Shown one piece after another: positions 17,479 through 25,300 of a DNA stretch of 64,000 nucleotides (within the stretch, counting starts at the first letter, position 1; each line of letters begins with the position of its first letter). Position numbers and translations under genes: made by a program. Source of the DNA: an uncultured Dehalococcoidales bacterium (lineage in GTDB: Bacteria; Chloroflexota; Dehalococcoidia; E44-bin15); the NCBI GenBank assembly GCA_964428725.1, contig CAYRYW010000002.1, forward strand, positions 27,733 to 91,732, read 5' to 3'. Below the pieces are notes generated by a model. The model was given only the letters and a program-made list of their open reading frames with translations. It did not search any database and had not been told where the DNA came from.

Positions 17479-17820
17479 ATGGATAGGTACATAGCAGTGG
17501 ACTTGGACGGAACGCTGGCCGAATATCACGGCTGGGTAGGAGTCGATCACATTGGAGAACCGATCCCTAAGATGGTGAATCGAGTGAAAAAGTGGCTGGC
17601 AGAGGGCAAGGATGTCAGAATAATGACGGCCAGGGTTTCTCCTCAGCCGGAGGGAAGAACAGCAACAACGGTTCAAGCAATAGAGCGCTGGTGCTTGGAG
17701 CACATCGGCCAGTTGCTTCCTATAACGCACAGCAAAGACTATGGTATGATTGAGCTGTGGGACGACCGAGCGATCCAGGTTATTGAGAACACCGGAGAGA
17801 GGGCAGACGGCAAAGAGTAA
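17479..17820 (+). CDS. HAD-superfamily-like small phosphatase
   Basis: AAGGAGG SD 8 nt before ATG; IAVDLDGTLAEY (DxDGT motif I). Confidence 0.45.
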   Translation: MDRYIAVDLDGTLAEYHGWVGVDHIGEPIPKMVNRVKKWLAEGKDVRIMTARVSPQPEGRTATTVQAIERWCLEHIGQLLPITHSKDYGMIELWDDRAIQVIENTGERADGKE

Positions 17821-17871
17821 GCCGTCACTGTGGGGACTGGGCCTACTTGAGCCCTTAAACAGGAGGGCAAT

Positions 17872-18426
17872 ATGTGGGCAACTTTCGTTAGTACCATCAA
17901 ATATCTGGGCGTGATAATCAGGCACAAGTTCTTTGTGATCATTGCTGGCTTCAGGGTAAGGGCTCCGCTCATGCGGCTGCTCAGGCATGACATGTCCAAG
18001 TTCAGCCGGGCTGAGTTTCATCATTATAGGCGACAGTTTTGTGGGGACGCCGGGGATCCTGGCGGGTTCAGAGCAGCGTGGCTTCATCATCAGAACTCAA
18101 ACGATCATCATTGGGAGCACTGGATGCTTTCTAGGCGCATGTCTGCTTCTGAGAGCGCGGGCGCTGAAGTGGCTATGCCGATGCCGGAAGGGGCCGTCAG
18201 AGAGATGGTGGCGGACTGGATGGGCGCAACCAGGGCGTACGGCGGGAAGTGGCCCACGGTGGTGGAGTGGGACTGGTTCGTGGACAAGTGGCCCAGTGTT
18301 AGCAGTAAGATGCACCCGTCCACGAGAGCCAGGGTTTTCGCGGTAATGAGAGAGGCCGGTTATCACGATATTTTGAAGCAAACGGCGGAGTCCAAAACGC
18401 CGGTTCGGGAGCAGTCCGAGGTCTAG
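17872..18426 (+). CDS. hypothetical protein (His/Trp-rich)
   Basis: 184-aa ORF; GGAGGGCAAT ATG. Confidence 0.45.
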   Translation: MWATFVSTIKYLGVIIRHKFFVIIAGFRVRAPLMRLLRHDMSKFSRAEFHHYRRQFCGDAGDPGGFRAAWLHHQNSNDHHWEHWMLSRRMSASESAGAEVAMPMPEGAVREMVADWMGATRAYGGKWPTVVEWDWFVDKWPSVSSKMHPSTRARVFAVMREAGYHDILKQTAESKTPVREQSEV

Positions 18427-18535
18427 GATTCTCCGTCATTTAAATCACCTATAGCATTGCGAGATTTTGGTTTAACGTCGTGGTTGACCCGTGGTAGTGT
18501 TGTCGCAATGTTGCATGAATGAAGAGAGGTTGAAG

Positions 18536-19144
18536 ATGAAGTTTGAATACTATGTTGACAATGTTGTGATGAAGCTGGCGAGCGATGCTGGGGCAAGCTC
18601 CGGGCGGCTGGCTGAGTTGATGAGCAGTAGGCAGTTCGTGGATTTCTTACACGGTACAATCGGTATATCCAGTGAGATGGGCGAGCTTTTGGACGCTTAT
18701 AGAAAAGCAGATGCCAAGCCAGGTCCTATGTCCGATGAGCATCGCCGAGAGGTATTGGGAGAGCTTGGGGATATTTTATGGTTCACGGGCCTAGCTAGTC
18801 GGGCTCTGGGCGCGAGCGTTGAGGTGGGACAAGGGGTCGACAGTGGCAGTCGCAAATGGTCCGGGGATGCGGAGCTGGACATGGTCGTGTGTTCAGGGGA
18901 GCTTCTGTCCATAGCCAAGGCTCGGATCTTCTATGGTCGAGAGATAGCCCCAGGGCTGGCGATTTCAATGCTTAGTCGTATTGTGGACGGGGTGCGATCT
19001 TTGGCTCGCAAGGAGAGATGGACTCTTGAGGATGTAATGAGGGCGAATATTGCCAAACTTTCGAAGCGCTATCCCGAGTTAGAGTTCTCGGACGACAGCG
19101 CCAACAACAGGGACACGGACGCAGAATTCGTGGCCATGGAGTAG
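18536..19144 (+). CDS. MazG-like nucleotide pyrophosphohydrolase domain protein
   Basis: ISSEMGELLDAYRK ... HRREVLGELGDILWFTGLA resembles EExGEL / ELGDxLWY MazG motifs. Confidence 0.5.
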   Translation: MKFEYYVDNVVMKLASDAGASSGRLAELMSSRQFVDFLHGTIGISSEMGELLDAYRKADAKPGPMSDEHRREVLGELGDILWFTGLASRALGASVEVGQGVDSGSRKWSGDAELDMVVCSGELLSIAKARIFYGREIAPGLAISMLSRIVDGVRSLARKERWTLEDVMRANIAKLSKRYPELEFSDDSANNRDTDAEFVAME

Positions 19145-19168
19145 GTAGAAAATGGACGACACGGTCTT

Positions 19169-19184
19169 CGCGAACTCAAGTTCG
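19169..19184 (+). repeat. palindromic hairpin motif copy 5/12
   Basis: CGCGAACTCAAGTTCG 25 nt after MazG-like stop. Confidence 0.65.
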
Positions 19185-19287
19185 TGTTCTGTTTGCAAAA
19201 CAGATTTGACCGTAGTACAGGTTGCCCAGTTTTTTAATTGCCAGTTGAACATTGGACAGGGTGAGTTCGATGAAAAGGAGGGCGAGG

Positions 19288-20232
19288 ATGCTCGGAGCCA
19301 CGTGGGTGATTGGACATCGCGACGCAGATGGTTTTATGTCGGGGTATTTAGCGCACAAGAAGCTGAGCGAATTGGGCGTGCGCGATATAAAGATGCACTC
19401 GATCCAGTACGGAGAGAATCTCCCAAAGATCAATTACGACTTTGACGAAGTGTACATGCTTGACTTTTCGTTGCCTGATCAGGAGATGCGCGAGCTTGCT
19501 GACAAGCTCGGCGATCGGCTCATATGGATAGACCATCATAAGACATCGCTTGATACTGAGAAGAAGATGGAACTGTCCACAGTTCGCGGAGTAAGGATCT
19601 CCTCGGACAATGAGAAGGTTGCAGCGTGCGAGTTGTGCTGGGAGTATTTCTGGCCAGGGCGGAAGGTCCCTGGATGTGTGACGCTGGTAGGAGACTGGGA
19701 TACGTTCCGGTGGGTTGATATGTTGGATGGATCCAATGGCAAGAGGTTCGCTAGGTTCTTCGCTCAGTTTATTGATGGGCTAGGTCTGGATCCGTCCCTC
19801 AAAGAGGCGCGTGACCTTATGGAAGGGTCAATCGAGGAGATACCATCGCTGGAGCATGTTGGGGTCCGAATCGGGAAGATGCTGTGCGAAAAGCAAGACG
19901 CTCTCCACGCTGAGATCATGGAGAATTGCTCATTCACTACGGTGATGACAGTTCCAGAGGGTGATCAGCAGCTTACTGCATTGGTGGTAAACCATCGTGG
20001 CAATAGCTTGATGTTTCAGTCCAAGGTTCAGCCTCGGCATGAGATCCTGGTTAGCTACAGGATGAGGGGGAGAGACTGGGTGGAAGCCAGCTTGTACGGG
20101 GCGTCGGATCATGTCCATTGCGGGGAGATTGCGCGTTCGATAAGCAACGGTAAAGGCGGCGGACACAGGGGTGCTGCTGGGTTCACGATGCCCATGAGTG
20201 AGTTCTACGTGCGCATGGGCATGGATAGATGA
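19288..20232 (+). CDS. DHH/DHHA1-family phosphoesterase (NrnA/RecJ-like core)
   Basis: AAGGAGGG SD; VIGHRDADGFMSG (motif I), YMLDFS, IWIDHHKT (DHH), GGGHRGAAGF (DHHA1 GGGH). Confidence 0.65.
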   Translation: MLGATWVIGHRDADGFMSGYLAHKKLSELGVRDIKMHSIQYGENLPKINYDFDEVYMLDFSLPDQEMRELADKLGDRLIWIDHHKTSLDTEKKMELSTVRGVRISSDNEKVAACELCWEYFWPGRKVPGCVTLVGDWDTFRWVDMLDGSNGKRFARFFAQFIDGLGLDPSLKEARDLMEGSIEEIPSLEHVGVRIGKMLCEKQDALHAEIMENCSFTTVMTVPEGDQQLTALVVNHRGNSLMFQSKVQPRHEILVSYRMRGRDWVEASLYGASDHVHCGEIARSISNGKGGGHRGAAGFTMPMSEFYVRMGMDR

Positions 20233-20492
20233 GCGGCATTCTCAGTCTGAGTAAGTTCCTTTCCAAGAGGGGCAAGGCTGATCTATGTGGTCATGACGTC
20301 ATCGTTATCGACCGAGCGAAGCGCATAGTGATATGCGAGAGGTGCCTTGAGGAGCTGGACCCATTGGAGATGCTTGCCAGGTGCGGAGGTTTCAGTGATC
20401 AAGGAGAGATTGCTATTCAGCCGGGATCAGATAACGATAAGGGTGAGCCGACCCCGTATGCGACCGTGCATCGTTTGCGGCCAAAAAGTTAA
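20229..20492 (+). CDS. hypothetical protein (CERC...C)
   Basis: 87-aa ORF, ATGA overlap with DHH gene. Confidence 0.45.
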   Translation: MSGILSLSKFLSKRGKADLCGHDVIVIDRAKRIVICERCLEELDPLEMLARCGGFSDQGEIAIQPGSDNDKGEPTPYATVHRLRPKS

Positions 20493-20619
20493 GCCTGCAT
20501 ACAAGGGGCTCTGCAAGGATCGTTTTTTTCATTGCAAAAAATCTTGGTCGGTGGACCATCGGACGGGGGAGATTACGTTCGCGATGGATAGCGGTATGAA
20601 AGGGGACGAGGATTATTGA
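20458..20619 (+). CDS. small zinc-ribbon-like protein
   Basis: ATG 20458 in frame of ORF 20347..20619; CIVCGQK...C...HC. Confidence 0.3.
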   Translation: MRPCIVCGQKVKPAYKGLCKDRFFHCKKSWSVDHRTGEITFAMDSGMKGDEDY

Positions 20620-20766
20620 AGGTTCTGTCGAGGGCATCAGATCTGTTAGTCCCGACAGGTGGGTTTGACAATAACCTGTTGTAGGTTTCAAACTTGTATG
20701 AGATACAGGTAGAGAGGAAAAAAACAGTGACAGCGGTATAAAGCTAATTACAAGGAGGGGCTGCCC

Positions 20767-20985
20767 ATGGCGAAAAAAGGTGCTGAGAGGCGAAAGAGTA
20801 AAAGGCCGAGTCGGTATAAGATTTTTCGTTCACAGTGCGAGTGTGGAGCCAGGGCGGTTGATTGGTACAAGGAGGAATTCATTTGCCGGGATTGCATGTG
20901 CCCCGAAGTGGAGGGGCAAGAGATCGGCGATTTAGTGAGGGTGGCCAGCTCTCTTGACTGGTGTGTCCTCGGAGACATGAGATAA
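20767..20985 (+). CDS. hypothetical small basic Cys-rich protein
   Basis: AAGGAGGGG SD 7 nt before ATG. Confidence 0.45.
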   Translation: MAKKGAERRKSKRPSRYKIFRSQCECGARAVDWYKEEFICRDCMCPEVEGQEIGDLVRVASSLDWCVLGDMR

Positions 20986-20987
20986 AT

Positions 20988-21281
20988 ATGACCCCAAGTG
21001 TTTTTAAGAAGATCGCCCCAGGCGGGCGAGCGGGACGCGTTGGTGCGGGCATTAGCTGTGACGCTGGTAAGTTCTACTGCGAGATAGACGTTGCTTCCGG
21101 TGTGGGGAGCTTTGTTGCTCGGCTGAGTAACGGCGAAGAGTACAGAAGATCTCTGGATGAGTTAAGGATAGAATACGATGTGGCTGACGGTAGGGTCGAC
21201 GAGCCGGTGTCGGCTGATTCGTATCTCTTGAAGGGGATCGGATGGGTCCTGACTAAGTACAAACTATCCAAGAGTGACTAA
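20988..21281 (+). CDS. hypothetical protein
   Basis: ATG 20988 2 nt after upstream stop. Confidence 0.45.
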   Translation: MTPSVFKKIAPGGRAGRVGAGISCDAGKFYCEIDVASGVGSFVARLSNGEEYRRSLDELRIEYDVADGRVDEPVSADSYLLKGIGWVLTKYKLSKSD

Positions 21282-21384
21282 TTGGTGAGATCTTCGTAAA
21301 GTCGTGATATGTGTTGATGATTCAATGCTGTTCGGAGCGTAGGCTGATGGAGGAAAACTGTGAAATTGGAAGTTGGTGTCTTCA

Positions 21385-22290
21385 ATGGGTAAAGCAGCTA
21401 AACGTCTAAAGGGTAAGCCAACTGGGCGGATTGCTAATCTTAGGTGTTACGAGACTGTCCATGACATGGTGTGCGCAGGCTATCCGCTGACCGCGATTGC
21501 CAACTTGATACAGGACAAAATGCAAGAGTATCTTGATGTGCCTAAGCAGGCTGTTGTGATGGCCCTTCACAGGTACAGGGAGAGTCTTAAGGATAGCGGG
21601 GATTTGGTCCAGGGTGCAATGCCGAGGGTATTTGTAGAGGCCAAGAAGAAGTTCTCCAACAAAATGCAGGAGCTTGAGCGCCTGGAGGATATGATCCTCG
21701 TGCTCCAGTATCGGATTGATTTGGCCCATGGCGTGGAGCGGATAGCGAACGCAGTTGACCCTGGGGTCGACAGGATGACGAGGGAATTCACGAATGTGGT
21801 TGCGCGAATGCACGACATCAAAATGGATCTTGGACTTGTCGGCTCGCGGGACATCGGTACGATCACAGTCTCTGCGGAGAGACTGGAGGAAGTACGACTT
21901 AAGTACGGGGACAATGCAGCTAAGGCATACGCCGATCCTGTATCTCGAAATAGAGTTCTGGCAGCCATTGGTGCGATACGGAAGGTGTCGGGAGATAAGT
22001 CAGTCGAGCGACTTGCTACTGAGATGGGGGTTTCCGATCCTGACGGTGCTGTGATTGACGCTGAGTTTACGGCCAAAGAAGAGTCTGTCGCGATTCCTGT
22101 CGCGAAAGACGCCGGAGATGTCGCGAAAGCCAAGGGCAAGCCAGTGAAGAAGACCGCGAAAAAGCCCGCGAAGAAGAAGGCCAAGATCAAGCCAGCTGAC
22201 AAGCCAGTGGCGAAAGAGGCGCCGGTCGAAAAGCCTGCCCCAGTTTCAGTTCTCCCTCCTGGGCCAGAGAAGCCGAAGATAAAGAGGTGA
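21385..22290 (+). CDS. putative terminase small subunit
   Basis: Immediately upstream of TerL; N-terminal HTH-like segment, coiled-coil middle, K/A/P-rich basic tail; position analogous to T4 gene 16; no motif proof. Confidence 0.4.
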   Translation: MGKAAKRLKGKPTGRIANLRCYETVHDMVCAGYPLTAIANLIQDKMQEYLDVPKQAVVMALHRYRESLKDSGDLVQGAMPRVFVEAKKKFSNKMQELERLEDMILVLQYRIDLAHGVERIANAVDPGVDRMTREFTNVVARMHDIKMDLGLVGSRDIGTITVSAERLEEVRLKYGDNAAKAYADPVSRNRVLAAIGAIRKVSGDKSVERLATEMGVSDPDGAVIDAEFTAKEESVAIPVAKDAGDVAKAKGKPVKKTAKKPAKKKAKIKPADKPVAKEAPVEKPAPVSVLPPGPEKPKIKR

Positions 22291-22298
22291 GCTTAGCT

Positions 22299-22315
22299 CG
22301 CGAACTCAAGTTCGC
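22299..22315 (+). repeat. palindromic hairpin motif copy 6/12
   Basis: CGCGAACTCAAGTTCGC 8 nt after stop of putative TerS. Confidence 0.7.
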
Positions 22316-22330
22316 AGATGGGGATGACTG

Positions 22331-25300
22331 TTGATAGTTACGACACGCAAGGGGAGAAAGAAGTCTGTAATAACCAAGGAGGAGCTGGCGGCCCATGCCG
22401 GTGACATGGTTGACGCCCTGACAGACGCAGAGCTAGAGCTGGTGATGGGCCTGATAGACGAAGATCCGGAGATTCAGATAGAGCACCACAAGACGATGCG
22501 CGGGCACTTGTACCACCGAGAGCCTGTCTCTATGGAGCAATTCATAGAGGATCCACATTACCTGGGCGAGTCTTGCTCGACTCTCTACCCAGAGCTTAAG
22601 AAAGATCTCATAGATCTGTTTGATTATCCATTCAGAGAAGTTGTGCTCACAGGCGGAATTGGAGTTGGCAAATGCCAACGAGGGGTGAACGAGCTTTATG
22701 ATCCGGTCATGGGGAGAAGGCTAACTGTAGAAGATGCTGCATCTTTTGGCAAGTACAAAGCGTGCGCCACGTTCAACAAGGATGAGCGGAAGACAGTGAG
22801 TGGAGGGTGCAAAGTATTCGAAAGCGGAAGAAAGAAGGCGGGGGATCTCGTGCTTGGGAGCGGGAAGAAGATTGGACTAACTCCTGATCACCCTGTCTTG
22901 ACACCGTGGGGATACAAGCCAGTCGGAGAGCTTAAGAAGGGGGATCTTGTTGCGACTTCGCGAGAGATGCCCTTACCTGAGATGCCTTTGGCTATTTCTG
23001 ACAATGAGGTCAAGTGGGTGGGCTACATCTTGGCAGACGGCGGTGTGACAACGTCTCGGATTGTCTTCGTAAAGGGTGTTGATGAAATAATCTCAGAGTT
23101 TTGGTCTCTGTCGGAATCGCTTGGCGGGGATGTGAAGGAAGAGGATGTGGATGCTGATGCGCGGAGGGTTCGTGTCCTGGGGCTTGATCGCTTGAGGGAT
23201 AAATTTGATCTCAAACACAAGTCCAAGGACAAGAGAGTTCCGAGTGAGTTCTACGGGCTAGACAATCGCCAGCTTGCCTTGTTGCTGAATCGCATTTGGT
23301 CGTGTGATGGATGGTTCTGTCGCAGGGATAAGAAAAAGGGCAACTGGGAGATTGGAATATCCTTAGCCAGTGAGCCGTTCGTGAGGGATATTCAACAGCT
23401 CTTGCTTCGTTTTGGGATTCACTCTCGGATGCGTCCGCGTGAGATGGGGTACACGCACAACGGAGAGAGGAAGCATAGCGATGCTTGGTCTTTGCAGGTG
23501 CTGGGTAGGGATGAAGTTATTAGGTTCTTGAATTCGATTGGAAACCTCGTAGGCAAGGAAGAAGATTGCGAGACTGCGCGGCGCGAACTTGAGTTCGTAA
23601 AGGGCAACTCGAACGTGGACATTACCCCCATGAACAGAGAGGTGATGACCAGGGTTCGTAAAGAGATCGGGCCGGTGCCCAAGAAGGCGTACTGGCCGCG
23701 TCCGGCGCAGGGCTCGCAAATGGGCCACGGGGTGTTCTTGAGATTCGCTGAGGCGTATGATCTTCCCGAGTGGTGCTCCTGGTGGGGTGGAGTATTCTGG
23801 GATGAGGTGGAATCGTATGAGTGCGGCGATGAGTTAGAGCCTGTGTATGACATCGAGGTTCCTAAGACGAGGAACTTCTCAGTGCACGGGGTTATCGTTC
23901 ACAATACGTTCGTGCTCTCAATAGCCATATGCAGGGTGCTTTACGAGCTGTCTTGCTTAGTGAATCCCCAGAAGACTTTCGGCCTGTCGTCGGGTACGGA
24001 GATGGTTATTCCGTTGATCTCAAAGAACCTTCCGCTGGCGCGTGCTGTCATGAAGACGGCGGTTGACGACAAGATCAAAGAGTCTCCGTATTTCATGAAC
24101 GAGTTCTCTCCGAAGATCTCCAAGGAAGCCACGCTGTTTCCTCATAACATCCGAGTGATCATAGGGTCGTACGGTAGTGAGCGAGTTCTTGGCTCGAACG
24201 TTTTCTGTGTTGGGCTTGATGAGTGCCTAATACTAGAGGCAGGTTTGACAACGGAAAGAAAAGGTGTTAGGCGATCCATGACAGTTGGAGATCTTCTGGA
24301 AATGAGTCCAGAGGACGCTGAAAACTGCAAGGTTGTAGGTTTTGATCATGCGGAGAATAAGCTCAAGGCTGGATGGTGGAGAATCAAGAAGTCCACGGTT
24401 CAAGAGCTTGTTGAGATCAGGACTGCGCTGGGGTCGGTATCGCCGTCGAGAAAACATCCCGTTCTTGTCCAAAGAGGAGACTGGCTTGTTTACGTTCATG
24501 CGGAGGATGTCGTCCCTGGCGATTTTGTTGTCATGGAGGATCGTGATGCCAGCGAAGGGGCAGACTGTAAGCGAAGAGCAGAAGAAAAAACAATCGGAGA
24601 AGATGAAGGGTCGAGAGTTATCGGAGGAGACGAAAGAGAAGATGAGATCTGCGCAAAAGGCGCGGTACGAGAATGGGTACGTCAATCCGATGAAGGGGAA
24701 GACTCAGTCAGAGGAGACGAAGAAGAAAATCAGCGAGGCCCAAAAGGGGAGGAAGTTCTCCGAGGAACATCGGCGGAAGATCGGAGAGGCGAATCGCAGA
24801 AGGAAGATCTCGAAAGAGACGCGGGAGCGAATGAGCGAGGCTCAAAAGAGCAAGGCACCTGCAAGCGAGGAGCACAGACGGAAGATAAGCGAAGCCAATA
24901 CAGGCAGGAAGCATACGGACGAAGCTCGTGCGAACATGAGCAAGGCTCAGAAGGGTCGCGCCCTGTCAGAGGATCACAAAAAGAAGCTGTCAGAGGCGGC
25001 CAAGAAGCGCACAGGAGAGGCGAATCACTTCTACGGAAAGACTCACTCCGAGGAGGCGCGGAAGAAGATGAGAGAGGGTCAGGCGGGTGTACAGCGGAAG
25101 CCTCACTCCGAAGAGACAAAGAGAAAGATGAGCGAGTCTCAAAAGGGGCGCAAGTTTTCCGAGGAGACGAAGGAGAAGATGAGAAATGCTGCGAAGCGTC
25201 GTGCAGCCGATCCAGAGTGGCGAAAGAAGATGAGCGAGTCGTCGAAGAGGGGCTGGGCAGAGGGCACCATTGGCCAGAACATGCCACCCCGGCACGGAGA

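Noticed and set aside
18427-18535. Intergenic inverted repeat CATTGCGA...TCGCAATG and TTGACC upstream of MazG-like gene
   Set aside because: 8-bp arms separated by 40 nt and a poor -10 (AATGTT). Insufficient to call a regulatory site.
19152-19445. ORF 19152..19445 (97 aa) and its antisense partner
   Set aside because: It runs through the palindromic motif and the intergenic gap and overlaps the DHH gene start. No SD. Likely spurious.
20620-20766. 147-nt intergenic region with TTGACA and weak inverted repeat GTTTGA...TCAAAC
   Set aside because: No acceptable -10 at 17 nt spacing and the hairpin is too weak to call a promoter or terminator.
24342-24545. N-terminal 68 aa of ORF 24342..26963 as listed in the ORF track
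   Set aside because: This segment overlaps the in-frame intein N-terminal splicing domain and reads as nonsense ([18 protein letters not shown]...). The real start is ATG 24546, which has a GGAGGA SD.
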